Positions 33,791 to 49,261 of a stretch of DNA of 64,000 nt are shown here, in pieces. Position numbers and translations under genes: made by a program. Each line of letters starts with the position of its first letter. The first letter of the stretch is position 1. The notes below the pieces were generated by a model, which saw only the letters and a program-made list of their open reading frames with translations, searched no databases and was not told the origin of the DNA. This stretch comes from Octopus bimaculoides (Eukaryota): NCBI RefSeq assembly GCF_001194135.2, contig NC_068983.1:70483691-70547690 (forward strand), given 5' to 3'.

Positions 33791-36266
33791 GCAAATCTGT
33801 GATATTGAGCAGAATATTTGCTATAACGATATATCTGCTTCAGCAACACAACACGGAATCTGTCTGAAGTGTAATTGAATATGTCAGTTTCAAAACATTG
33901 ATGTCCAGGTCGTAAAAGCCAAGTTTGAAGGGAATAGTATATTTTTTTTATTTCTAGATAGAAGTAAATAGGAAGAAAACACTTATTAGCCAAAGACAAA
34001 AAAAAAAACAATAAAATTTTTGTTACAGTGCTATTCTTTGGTCCAGTGGCTAAATAGCTAAAGATGTGCGAGACAGCGAAAAGAGATATTCAATTCTTCC
34101 ATCCCACCTAATTTTCTAGCATTAAGATTAGTAGAGGCGTTGCGAAGAAGCAACAACACTTTTATATAATTGTGGGGGGGGGGGATATTCATAGTACTAG
34201 TCAGGCAGCGCTTCACATCAGAGATAAAGAGGTCAGAAAAATATCTTTGAATTGCACCACGAATTCTGAGTAAGTATACACACACACACGCACACACACA
34301 CACACACATAACAGCTAACGGATCCATAACGTCTTTAAGCGAAATCTAATTACTTTCACTATGAACTACAGGTGATGCTCACCATTAGGATATGCACATT
34401 ACATGTTGGTAATTCTCTTCTTACGTAGCTAGTGATCCGGAATACTGTGTTCATTTTTGCAGGTCAGCAAACTTTTAGGAACAATAGAAGTGAACAAATT
34501 AGTTTCATCAGCGTTGTAAATAAGTAGAGAAAATATGACTTCCATATCTAATACAATTAATTTCTGAATTTCTAAATGGCTCTACGAGCGAAATATTACA
34601 TTTTTAATATTCACATTTATCACAATGTTTTCTTATTCTCAAAGCCACTCGCTTTTCTAAATGGCAACAACCGCTCATCATTTATCTTAATGCTATCCAC
34701 AACTACCCATAATTTATTAGTCTTGGGTATCTTCCAAGAGCTTCATATACAAATTTAAAATCTGAGACTGTATCTCTGTTTTTAACTTTCATGTGTTTTC
34801 CGCTTCCCACCTTAAAGTTACATGCCAAAAAGAAAAGAAAAACTGAGAAAATGTGTAATTTGATCTTTGATTTATGTAATTGTCAAAATGATGTGGACGC
34901 CTCTCATAAGAACCCAATAAGTTTCGAAACTATTTTTCAGTCTGCAGAGAAATAGCTAAAATTTGCCCTGTTTATAATTATACCATATGCAGCGTATATA
35001 TCAGAAACATTTAAAAAAAAAAAATTGTTTTTATATTTGTCTTATTTTACTTTTAAAATTTCAGAAACACGTAGTACTGCAATGCAGTGTTCTTATTAAC
35101 CCATTCACTATAATTTTTGTGACACATTTAGGTCTGCAATCCTTTAACTCTCCTCTCGGTGGATTGTACCTGTAATTCAGTGCCTGAGAATTTCCTTAAA
35201 TATACAGGTACCTGTGGAATTCCCTGCTACTTATACGTTAAATAGCAAATAATTCAGTTGATTGTACGACCAAATCCTCTTTGTCGATTGACGGAGATGC
35301 CCCGCTATATAAGATTGGGAATTTCGAAAAATCCTGTTGTACTCATTTACATATAAAGGACCCACCACCAAAAAAACAAAAAACAAACAAGCACTAAATA
35401 AAAGTGTTCGATTTCCTCTAAAAAGCTACTGAATAGTATGAAGAAATTCTGCTTTTCTGTCTGGCATGATTTCACTATACAAAAAATAGTATTTAATATA
35501 CGATAAAATAGTATCCTATTTTGGATTGCTTTTAAATATTGATTTTCAACGTCAAACGTGTATTGATTTATAAAATTAAATGTTTTTAAATATTAAACAG
35601 CAGTGGAGACGTTAACTGGTTAAATCGTGTTAGATTTCATACAGGCGAGTGATATCACACTTTCATCTAATATCAACGCTGCTATAATAAGCCTGGGGTG
35701 TCTTTATGCTTGTATCTAGTATTGCTTTCTTGCTCATGGAACCTACTGTTGCAGAGGGTAATATTCTTCATTGTATTATAATACCATTACACTGTTAATA
35801 TATATCTTAAGCATGCATTAAATTGCTGCTAGCAATGCACCGTTCAAAGTATTAATATTTTGATGTTAGAGAATAATATAAGTAGCCATTGAAATGACTG
35901 AAAGAGACCACCGAGTGTAAGTTTATCTTTCATCCTTTTGGGGTTAATAAAGAACCAGTTTAATACTGAAGTTTTCTCTCTCTCTGTGTCTCTCTCTCTG
36001 TCTCTCTCTCTCAGAATCAGCTACACTGTACTCTGAGAGAGTTTGCTGGAGATTACTTACAGAATTTTCTTCAATGTAAGGCGAACAATCTCTCCGTATA
36101 GAACCACACCCAACCAAAGCAAAGAACAACTGAATATGTATAAAAAAACTCTATGGAACTTAAACAAGAAATAAAAAAAATAGTACAGCTATAATTAATT
36201 ATTTACAATCTTAGTTCAGGATCAATAAAATAAATTTCGAAGTACCAACAAAGTAAAGCGATCGAT

Positions 36267-37589
<1,323 letters not shown>

Positions 37590-40427
37590 GTGAGTCATTG
37601 CCTAACAGATGGAACTAAGAGTGACTTTTAAGTTAATGATATGTCTAGCGAGGAATCAAAGATGGCTTCACCCCTGCGTTACGTGCAGCTGTCTCATTGA
37701 TGGTAAATGAAAACAGTTGCAGTAAGAGGTCAACTAACGACAGATCTCCATGCATGGACGATTAACCAACATCACCGACACATTAGCGAATAATAGATGC
37801 GCCTATATTTTCTATGAGAGCGACTACATCTGCAGTAGCTGCAACGATTGCAACAGTAGCAACAGCAGTCATACCAGCTGCATCAAAAATACTAAACTTA
37901 CTAATAGTGTTTCTGGTGATATAGAAGCCAACAAGACTGTGTTTGCACAAATACTGTCAGGTGCAGCAGCTGCAATAGCAGAAGCAGTAGGAGTAGCAAC
38001 AGCCAAAGTAACAACAGCAGTAAGAGAAGCCTGCGACGACTGCAGCGACGTGAGCTAATAGAGGAACTGTAGGTTGTTACTTGACCTACAAGAAATATCA
38101 GTTAAATCTCTCTCATATCACAGCTAAATGTATTTTAGAAAAACAAAGGCAGATATATTTAATAATGCTATCTGAGATATATTGTATCAGAAAATCCAGG
38201 AAAGTCATTATTAGAGTGGCTTTGTTCATAAATAAATCTGCCTCGTCAATGTTACCTTGGGCTACAGCAGCGATAGAAGTGGTAGCAGAATTCATCTAGA
38301 ATGGAGGAAATAGCTTATTGATGTTTGCTGAGTAAGTCAGGAGTGGTAACACTCTTGACTTAGGCAAGTGGTCTAAACTTTAACATTGTCTGCGCCGAGA
38401 AAGATATAAATTTAGCCCCTGGAGGAGTAGATCAAAGGAAGGGAAAGGTTATAGAGCCTTGAAATAATTTTTCTTTTTTAGAATCAGCTGGTAGATTGGA
38501 TCATTCCTCAAAACACGGAAATTTGTAAGTTAGATGTCCAGTTTAAATGAGAGGAAGAAACGAAGATATACCACCTCGTTTCAGCGCTTGACAAAATACT
38601 CTGTTCTACTGTTATCGAGGGAGATGGGTTGTATTCATTGAATCAAATAATATCTAACCTGATGTCTTCTTTAGCCACTTGACATCCTTTTTCGTGGAAT
38701 ATGAGGGTGTGCTGGATGTCAAATTCGAGACAAGTATTAAATTACTAGAATTCTAGGTGTTGCTCATATTCCTCTCTGCTACCATTTCATATGTAGACAT
38801 CGTTACTATCATGGAATCGGACATCACGTGAATCGAAGTAAAGAGAGTCTTAGCGGAGGAATATGAAGTGTTAATATGCATAACGATCAGCTAAAACATC
38901 AGAATTTGAAACCAGGATGCAAAGAACCAAATGAAATATTAGAAAGCATTTTGTTCGATGCTCTAACGATTCTACCAGCTCACTGTCATCCTCTGCAATA
39001 AATAGCGACAAATATTCAACAGCTTTATTCAAATAAATAACACTAAAATACTTCAACTAACTCTCTTATGCTTTCACCTTCCTTTGTTTTGCTATCACGT
39101 GTGTCATTGTAAAAAATGAATTTCTAACACTAGAAAATGTTATTACTCAACAACTCAAACGCAGAGATGTAACTAATGCTACACTACTCTAGTAGGCACT
39201 TGTTTTATTGACTTCTGAAGAATGAAAGTGAGAACTTTGAACCACAATATAAAAATAAAAAAGCAATTCGACGAAATATCACGACGCCATTTTGTGGGCA
39301 AAATATATATTTCTTACAATAGCACAACCCATCACTTTTGGGGGAAGGTACAGTCTATTGTATTGCATCGTTCCAAGTACTTCTCTGTACGTTGCAAAAA
39401 CATTTTATCCGACGCGCTAACGATTCTGACGATCCATTGTGTTCTTGCAGTTTTATGATGTTATTGTTTTTTTTTGTTTTTGTCTTTTATGATGATGGCA
39501 CCGGCGAATAGTGGGAGTATATGGGTATATTGTGATGGTGATGATGATGATTTTTCTTTTTGGCGGGAAGCAGATTGAGGAAATGGTATTTATGAAAATG
39601 ATGAACACGTTGACGATGGCCATGATAAGAATGACGATGATGGATGATGATTGAGATGATTGAGATGATGATGATGATGATTGTAATTATAATGATGGTG
39701 ATGATGATGGCAAGTAGTAAGATAGAGACGATAACGAAGATAGAGATTATTATCGATGGTATGGATGATAGTGCAGTTGCCCTTTTACTGGCATTAAATT
39801 TATAATGATATAAGCGAAACTATCTACCACAACTACTAATACTACTATTACAGCTCTTGCTTTTTCTATGACATTATAATTGCTAACTCCGTTGCTGACC
39901 ACTGTCTTGTCAATGTTCGTGCTTTCAGAAACACGATGAAGAGATTAAGAACTAATTTTAGTTTTATATTATATTAATAATGATTTCTATAATAAGCAGA
40001 AGGTCAGAAATTTTAATGGGATTGTATAGACGATTAAGTCAGCCAAACCACTTGAGTGGTATTTATTTTAATGACTCCTGAAGGATGAAAGATAAAATGA
40101 ACCTCAGCAGGATTTGAACGCAGGATCATGCAAATACTGAACTAAATATCACAAGGCATTTTCATCACCTCTCTACCGATTGTACCAAGCAACTGCAGTG
40201 AACTGGGGGAAATATTATTATCGTTAATTGAATGAATTGTCTTGCATATTTAGTTTAGGTTCTGAGTTCAAAGTTTCCAGGGTCGATGAAATAAAGTACA
40301 AATTAAGATTGAGGCTATTATAATCGAATATACTCCTCTCCTTAAATTCGAGGCCTTGCGCCTCAAATTTGTCAGTACGACATAATCGTTTTGAAGAATT
40401 TATTAATAATTTGTTACTTAAGCATAT

Positions 40428-40735
40428 GTGGAGTCGCAATAGCCCAGTGGTTAGGGCAGCGGACTCACGGTCATAGGATCGTGGTTTCGATTCCCAAACC
40501 GGGCATTGTGAGTGTTTATTGAGCGAAAACACCTAAAGCTCCACGAGGCTCCGGCAGGGGATGGTGGCGAACCCTGCTGTACTCTTTCTCTCACTCTTTC
40601 TTCCTGTTTCTGTTGTGCCTGTAATTCAAAGGGCCAGCCTTGTCACACTGTGTCACGCTGAATATCCCCGAGAACTACGTTAAGGGTACACGTGTCTGTG
40701 GAGTGCTCAGCCACTTGCACATTAATTTCAACTGG
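40428..40735 (+). mobile_element. tRNA-derived SINE, family D (tRNA-Arg-like head)
   Basis: ggagtcgcaatagcccagtggttagggcagcggactc..ggtttcgattcccaaaccggg (A and B boxes) followed by ~240 bp of non-tRNA body. Confidence 0.75.
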
Positions 40736-41924
40736 AACCCGCGACGGAGTGCTAGCAACAACTTAAGCATATTTATAGAGTGGAAGAAACAATGCTGTGT
40801 AATGCTTATATCATTTCTAAGATATTTTACTAACGAAAGGAAAACGCTTCAGTTTAGTTCCGCAGATTTGTTATTTTAAAGTGTTGTTTATATATTAGTT
40901 TATAACAATGACTGAAGACAATATATTTGCTGGGGAAATATACAGTCGAGTGAATCGTCCCCTCTACAGTGAGGGAGCTTTTACGCAGACGTTCAGCAAG
41001 CAAGAAATAGCATCTAACTTTCCCTCAAATCAACCCCAGTCTTAGAACAAGGTATATCGGATAATGCGATCTTGTTTCTTATACATAGCAGAAAGTGCGT
41101 TGGTTACTGTTGGAATGACTTTGATCTGCTGGATCACGACTGACCTTTAGGTAAACTTTAGCTAAACAGTAATGACAAGTGGCAGTTATTTTATTGATCT
41201 GTGCGATGAATATGCTCACATATCTGGGACGGCGCTCATTGTATCTAAAATACGTTTGGCTTTGCATGCGGGATTGAAGCATAAACTAGATGTAGTCTAG
41301 ATGTACATTGTCAGCACTATTTCATTTAGTATACCTTTACATTGTCAGCAATAATACATCTACATGTTTGTATTGTTAGCTCTTCTACACTTTGTACAGC
41401 TTTAGATTCTCAGAACTAAATAATTTTGCACACCTGAATGTTGTTAGAACGTAGCTTGTCTCTCTATATTATAGCATTGATAGTATATAATGTTCTCCTA
41501 TAGTTGTTGAGTCCAAGTAGACCCTAATCAAGCAAATATAAGATCAAAGACATTCTAGCCAGAATTCCAATCTTTTTACGGATAGAGGACTATAGTAGTC
41601 AATGTCCTTTATGACAGCAAAATGCTTTTTGGAGAATACTAGACTAATATTTCTTGCACAAAGCAAGCAAATCCTCTCTTCCGTTGCCGTGAACATACAG
41701 TATAGAGAAGTGATGGGTGTCTACATAATTGAGAGTTAGTAGGTGTGTATGAAGTTCAGAAATCTGTATGAGTAAGAAAGTTGATAAATCCGTACATGGT
41801 ACAGCAGTCATTTATTTATATGTCGTAGAAAGTCGATATGTTCTTATGTTTTACACTTAGTTGATAATTATATTTCAAGCACTGTACGGTCATTACCCTA
41901 TGGAATGAATTCCCTTTATTATTA

Positions 41925-41945
41925 CTATTATCATCATCATCACCA

Positions 41946-42014
<69 letters not shown>

Positions 42015-42094
42015 TTTATTAGTTGAACGATATTTCAACAGTCTCTCTTTGTCAAGTTCAAAATAAGAAGTGATAAAAATTCACAATTATAGAA

Positions 42095-42151
<57 letters not shown>

Positions 42152-42184
42152 GTTGTTGTTGTTGTTGTTGTTGTTATCATCATC

Positions 42185-42279
<95 letters not shown>
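41925..42279. repeat. (ATT)n/(GTT)n/(CAT)n microsatellite arrays at the Dong insertion site
   Basis: Directly visible. Confidence 0.9.
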
Positions 42280-42283
<4 letters not shown>

Positions 42284-44490
42284 TAGTCGTATTTTTATCA
42301 TGTGCTTTCACTGCACTACCGAGCGCAGTTCTGTGTGTTTTAGGTATGTGCTGTGGTTTGTTGTGATGCTCTTATCGTTATTGTATTGAAAGTGTTTTAC
42401 GTAGGATGTGTGCGGTGCATATTAGTGCTATTTTCTGTATGTTATATATACTTGTTAGTCCTGGTGTTTTTGTTATGTATTTGACTGAATATTTTTTTAT
42501 CATACCTAATGCGCCTACAATGATAGGAATTGTTTTTGTTTTTGGACTCCACATTTGAGTTACCTCTATTTTCACGTCTTTGTATTTTGTTAGCTTCTCC
42601 ATTTCTTTTAGAGAAACGTTGTTATCTGTTGGTATTGATACATCGATTAGAAAGCATTTTTTCTTAATGATCTCTGACGACGATATCCGGCGTGTTGGCC
42701 TTAATTTCTCTATCCATGTGTATTGGCATATCCCATAGTATGGTTGCTTTCTCATTTTCTGTGACCTTTTCTGGCGTGTGTTTATACCATCTTTTTTCTG
42801 TTGTTATTCCATAGTGTTGGCATAGCTTCCAGTGTATACAGATCCCAACTCTGTCGTGTCTGTGAATATATTCCTTCTTAGCCAGGACTGGGCAGCCAGA
42901 GACAATATGGCTTATTGTTTCTTCTCCATCTCCACATATTCTGCAGTTACTTGTTATGTTTCTTTTCATTATACGTTTTTGGTAATTTCTGGTGGGGAGG
43001 CTTTGGTCTTGTGCTGCAATTAAAAATCTTTCAGTCTCTGCTTTGAGTCCCGAGCTTCTCAGCAGTTGTTGGAATTTTTCTGAGTCTATTTCTTTTGCGT
43101 TTAGTTTAACCCAGCATTTACCATGAAGGGGCTTTTTTGCCATCGTTTTATTATGATTTGTTGCTGTTCCAGTTTTGGTTTGGATTTCAATTGTTTTACA
43201 GCCTTTGTTGTTTCTTGTTTTTCTTCATAGTTGTTCGGTAGTATGATTTCTATTTTTGTAGTGCTATGGTGGTTAATTTGTATTAGTTTTCTAGCTGTAT
43301 AAGGCCTCTACCACCTTCCATATGTTGTTTACATAACCTTTCTATGTCAGATTTTGGATGGTGCATCTTAAATCCTGTCATTATTTTTCTTGTTTTTCTG
43401 TCTATTTTGATTAGTTCATTTAGTGTCCAGTTAAAGATATTATAGCTGTAACTTATAACTGGAACAGCTAGAGTGTTGATACTTGTTATCTTGTTTTTCG
43501 CATTGAGCTTTCTTTTCAGTATTAATCAAATTCGTCTATAGTATTCTTTTAAATTTTTTTCCTTTCATTTGTGTGTGTTGTATCGGATCTAGTTCATTGA
43601 TTCCTAAGTATTTGTATGTCTGGTTTTGCTGTAATTCTCTTATTTCATTTGCTTTATCTAGCGTGATGTTGCTACTCTTAACTAGTTCTCCTCTTTTCGA
43701 GGTTGCCATTTTTCGAAGTCAGATTTCATGTTTATTTCTTTGGTAAATCCATGTACTGTATGTAGTAATGTTTCCAGCTGTTTATCATTTGTAGCGTACA
43801 GTTTTAGGTCATTGATATATAAGAGGTGGCTGATTGTTTTGTCGTAACAGTTGTATTCACATTCAGTTCTATTTAGCATATCAGATAAAAGTGTCAGTGC
43901 CAAGTAGAAAAGGAGTGGAGAGGGCGTGTCTCCCTGGAATATTCCTCTTCTAATGGGGATTGCTTTGGTTTTTATGAGTCCTTCTTTTGTCTGGAGCTGT
44001 AGCACTGTCCGCCATTTATTCATTGAATGTTTTTATATATTTTATGATTATTGGTGCTACCTTGTTCATGGCTAGTGTTTCTAGGATCAACCTGTGAGAA
44101 ATACTATCAGAAGTCTTTTGGTAATCAATCCAGGCCATACTTACACCCTTCTTCTTTCTGCGGCTGTCTTCAGTTATGGCTTTATTGAGCATTAGCTGAT
44201 CTTTACAGCTGTTTGAGTCCTTGCAGCATCCCTTTTGCTCTTCTGGAAACAGGTTGTTTTCTTCCAGGTGCTTACTCAATCTCGTGTTTTACAGTCCTAG
44301 TGCTTATGATATTATTTGGCATTGCTGTGTGGTTACTATCTACATTTTCCTGATGTATTTTTCCTTTTAAGTGTTCTATTTCTATTTCTGATATTTTTTT
44401 TTGTCTTGAGAATATATCTTCGTATGTTAGCTAGTTTATTAGGGTTCGTTGTTGTATCCAAATCTTTATGTAAGTTGTTTTTCTTCCAGA
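42280..44490 (-). mobile_element. R4/Dong non-LTR retrotransposon, degenerate and internally deleted (N-terminal piece + RT + zinc knuckle + RLE + 3' UTR)
   Basis: WKKNNLHKDLDTTTNPNKLANIRRYIL (N-terminal piece); HLEENNLFPEEQKGC..AWIDYQKTSDSISH..RRGIFQGDTPSPLLF..SHLLYINDLKLY (RT); CRICGDGEETISHIVSGCPVLAKKEYIHRHDRV (CCHC); PDIVVRDH..CFLIDVSIPTDNNVSLKEMEKLTKY (RLE). The 3' end abuts (TAA)n. Confidence 0.93.
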
Positions 44491-44502
44491 TTTTATTATT
44501 AT

Positions 44503-45125
44503 TCAGTAGTTTTATTTTTATAACGTGCTTTCACTTCACTACCGAGCGCAGCTCTGTGCGCCTTGGGTATGTGCTGTGGTTTGCTGTGGTGCTCTTATGT
44601 TTACTGTATTGAAAGTGTTTTGCGTAGAATGTGTGCAGTACCCAGTAGTGCAATTTTCTGTATGTTATATATATTTGTAAGTCCTGGTGTTTTTGTTATG
44701 TATTTGTCTGAATATTTTTTTATTATACCTAAGGCACCTACTATGATAGGAATTGTTTCTGTTTTTAGATTCCACATTCGAGTTATCTCTATTTCCAGGT
44801 CTNNNNNNNNNNNNNNNNNNNNNNNNNNNNNNNNNNNNNNNNNNNNNNNNNNNNNNNNNNNNNNNNNNNNNNNNNNNNNNNNNNNNNNNNNNNNNNNNNN
44901 NNATCAATTAGAAGGCATTTTTTTCCTTCATGATCTTTGACAACTATATCTGGTCTATTTGCCTTAATTTCTCTATCTGTGTGTATTGGCATATCCCAGA
45001 GTATGGTTGCTTTCTCGTTTTCTGTGACCTTTTCTGGCGTGTGTTTATACCATCTTTTTTCTGTTGCTATTCCATAATGTTGGCATAGCTTCCAGTGTAT
45101 ATAGGTCCCAGCTCTGTCGTGTCTG
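44503..45125 (-). mobile_element. Second, 5'-truncated copy of the same Dong family (RLE end + 3' UTR), spanning a 100-N gap
   Basis: WDMPIHTDREIKANRPDIVVKDHEGKKCLLID, with a 3' UTR homologous to 42280-42400. Flanked by (ATT)n at 44492-44502 and 45126-45215. Confidence 0.9.
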
Positions 45126-45159
45126 TTTATTATTATTATTCTTCTTCTTCTTCTTCTTC

Positions 45160-45218
<59 letters not shown>

Positions 45219-47879
45219 TTATTTATTTATTTTTTTCAGGCCCGACTTACAAATTTTCAAAATGAGTCCTTTTCCAATGGCCAAAGAACTTCATGTATAA
45301 TGTATCCGTCTGACTGAACCACTAAAATTATAATACTATGCAGCTATTTCGAAGTATCTAGGAGCGCTGCGGAGTTTGTAGATTAAAAAACAAACTGCAT
45401 CTTTGGATTTTTCTTAAATATTATCAGTCAAGTGTTGTAAACAGTTCAAAAGTTCAATAAATTGGTTTGTCGTAAAGTGGTAGAAAATTTTAACGATTCA
45501 AGTTACATCTTTCATCCAGTTAATGAATTCTTGCTGATACAGGCTTGTTTAGACTTTCGACAGTTATCTTATCACTCAGTGTATAAACCAAGACATCTGG
45601 GCGTCAAGTTTGGAATCTACGCCAGACATCGGTGTCGATGGATGTTTAGTTTTACTGGTCGGTACACAATCTTCATGTCATGATTTTCTAAGCAATATAT
45701 CCAGGGTCATTTTATTAAGTCCACTGAGAATGATAATTCAATTATAAGAGCAGTGTGTCCAGTCCAAGGAAAAGAGAGAAAGAGAGAAAGAGAGAGAATG
45801 AGAGAGTGAGTGAGTGTGAGTGAGAGAGAGGGTAGGGGAGAGGAAAGAAAAGTGGTAACTGCTACTAGCCTCTATTGCTTGTTTGAACAGTTTTGATAGG
45901 AGCTTTTAATACATGTAATTTTGACGCCAATACGTAGTGTTTCCAATACTCAAGGTATGATAGCAATAAATTATACTATCAGTTGAAATATGAACGACCT
46001 GCATTTGATTGTTTTAAACAAAGCTTTTACGTCATTTCCTTGTCCATTCTGTTTATCACAGTTAACGTAGTTGCACAGTGTAGCCATTTGTTAACGAATA
46101 ATAAAATTCAACAACCATTATTTCAATATTTATAACAGAAATAATGAGAAAATATCTCTTTCACGCGTCCGGACTTGTTAGCAAGAGCCTATACAGGTTT
46201 TCTTACAGTTTGACATGGCTGGAGTTGTGAAGATCAATAGTTTGACAAAATTAGTAACTGGAGACACAATTCCAGTTTGTTTGTTCATCTTGTTTATTAA
46301 ACTGGGTATTAACGACATGGTTGTAAACATTTTTCAACTTATCAATCTATCTGCCAGTCTGTCTGTATAAATGTCTATATGTCTGTCTGTCTTCCTGCCT
46401 GCCTATCTAGCAACCTGTTTTTCTGTCTATTAAACTCCATTTCCTTCCCGCTTCCATTTTTTTTAATCCCCCAAGCTGAGCTTGTGTATGTATGTATGTA
46501 TGTATGTATGTATGTATGACTGCATGCATGTGTATGTATATATGCATCTACATATACACGTACGTTTGGTAGTGTCTTGCATATGAAATACCATATGAAA
46601 TATAGTGAGTTGAAAAACTACAATCATCTGAAATTAATTGTATAATTAATTAACCAAAACTCTGTTGATATATTTTTTTTTAAAAGGGAGAAAACGCTAA
46701 TACAATCGATTGATCGAAATTGTTCTGACATTATATATGATGTTGATTGGAGTAAATGTGATCTTTAAAGCATACCAATGAAAGAAAAATTAGATTACCT
46801 CAACAGAATAACTCCAGCAGCTTCCGGTCCACTCCCGGTCCCCGGAAAAGATTCTGTTCCTCAGAAATCACTGTACTAATTGTCCTATAAAATATTACAA
46901 TGTTAAAAATGTAATTGATAATGCGAAATTGTTTTTTTTTTCTTTCAGCCGACTTGTCATCCCGAGTACGGAGTGCGGACAAAAACTCAGCGACAGCTGC
47001 GCTAACAATACTCCGATATTACAAAACACATTAGCAACGTTAGATATGATGGCGAGCATTCAGCCACAGTTACTCTATCATTAAATGTAACAGAATAGGA
47101 GCTGCCTATTCTGAATATGGCCACATATTTTCTATTATTTTCAAGTACCTCGGCTTAACTAATGCTTAACTAATTGATGTTGGTGACTAATAACATAATT
47201 CCATATTTAATGCTATCAAATCGAAATTTGTTGGAATATATCTAACACGGTTATTTCTAATTGACATTTTTTTACTAATACCTTCTAATGCAGATTAATG
47301 GCTAAGGAGAAATAATAGCAATTGAATTAATGTTCAGTCCACAACAAATAAAGATATCAGTAATAAAAATTAAACAATGTAGAGAGTTACAGTAATAGCA
47401 AGAATAGCAAAGCCAAAACTATTTGAACCTGCATTGAACCTGACGAATATGTAAATATCTGATTTCCTTGTAGGCAGTTACAACAATCATTTACCATTAT
47501 ATAATTTTTCCATATTGAATTATCAAATGTGTGCGAGAAACCATCAAACTTTGATTACCAAACAACATGAATTTTCATATAAACGAATAGATATTTTCGT
47601 AAATAAGAAAGAATAATTTTTTGCCCAAACTGTATTAAACGCAGATTTCATGAAATCTTAAGACTTATAACCAAGAAAGAGTATCCATATAGTATGGGAA
47701 AAAAGACAATTCTCTTTGCCCTGAAAATTGTAATAGAGTAGCTGGAAAAAAGGAAAAGTATTGTTCTACATGGCAATCCAGTTAAACACAAAATAAACGA
47801 TATGGTGAAAAATGCAGGAAAGAAAGCAATAAGTTTTGAAACAACGTTGTGAATAAATAAATGGCAAAGTTTTAGTGTT

Positions 47880-48290
47880 TCTAGAGCAACACCTTCTATC
47901 GGCAAGATATAGCAAATTTGATTTTAATGGGAAAGCTCAGGAATTTAATGCAACAGCATTAAAGCTATTATTAAAGGCTTCATATACAGCATATTTTGTG
48001 TTTTAAAAGAATTAAATCTAAACACGCAAGTCACAGGCGTAAATATTTTAAAAGTTCATGAGAAAGTGTAAGCAACAATTACAAAATTGACTTTATGGAA
48101 TTCACAAATTCTAAAAGAAAATTTCAAGTTCTTTTAAGCAGCATCTGAACTTCTAGGAAATCATTGCGAAATATACTTGAAATAAGATGTACTTTCTGCA
48201 TCAATTCAAGGAATTTTCTGGCAGTTAATAAAGCTTTTAAATGAATAGTTTATCCTCAAACCATGCCAACCAACAAAATGTGAATTAAAG
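47880..48290 (+). mobile_element. Heavily decayed hAT (Charlie-like) transposase fragment
   Basis: KELNLNTQVTGVNILKVHEKV*ATITKLTLWNSQILKENFKFF resembles the hAT segment LNL.LQG...NI....KI.AF..KL.LW. Confidence 0.5.
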
Positions 48291-49200
48291 ATCAATTCAG
48301 TGCAAAAAAAAAAAAAGAAAAAGAAGAAATGCTACAGCTAAATGAACTAGAAGTGATTTCTTTAATTGAACTTTCATGCAACGCTATTTTGAAGCAAAGA
48401 TATGAGGTTGATGTGAAACTGGATTTTCTGTTTTGGTTTTCTTAAAAAATAAAAAAAAGTATTGGAACAGTTTTATGTGGAGCAGGAATTAAGGCGAATA
48501 ATTAATTTCTATTTCCTCAAATGTACAACTGTATTGTGGTAACAAGCAATGCCACGAGGGGTTGTTTGCTATCACACACCTGTACACATAAAACAAAATG
48601 ATAAGCTTCACACATATATAGCATACACAGCATACATTTAAACACCTATTGCCTCGGCGTAGCTTCAGAAAAAACCCTGTACACATACGTCCACGTATAT
48701 ATATGAATATGCACGCATTTATACAAACTCAGAACACAAAGACCAATATGCAATTAGATATATTACTCACTACAAACTTACACGCACACCCATCCAAAAA
48801 TACTTACTCATAACAAGAAAACAAAAATTCCACTCCACCCAAGACAAAATACCACTAGTATCACACCATACATACACACATATCACAAACAAATAATGGG
48901 CCTTACAGCAAAAACACAGTACACCAAAATTATTCATTCAAAAAATGATCATTCATTTAAAGCATATTAATGCCCTATAGTTATGTTCTTAACTTCACCG
49001 CTTTCACCAGTCATAATCATTCATAAAGAAACTCACCCCAATATTTCTCATTTAGTTTCTTTGACTACTGGCAAAATGACAGTCATACCAAATTGCCAAT
49101 CAAGCCGCGCACACATGCACACAAATACTTCCTTGAGTAAATGTAAAAAAAACCCGACAAATTCTGAAGAAATACAAACTCACACATACGCGCGCGCGCG

Positions 49201-49261
<61 letters not shown>

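Noticed and set aside
37950-37962. 13-nt match to miR-8 (AATACTGTCAGGT)
   Set aside because: The remainder mismatches and there is no complementary 5' arm.
37750-38299. Ala/Ser/Cys-rich ORFs
   Set aside because: Best explained as decayed (GCA/GTA)n-type low-complexity sequence.
40428-40505. tRNA gene (also the heads of other SINEs)
   Set aside because: The cloverleaf is imperfect and continues into a SINE body shared with interspersed copies.
45077-45090. 14-nt match to the 3' part of miR-31
   Set aside because: It lies inside Dong coding sequence, lacks the seed, and the other Dong copy differs.
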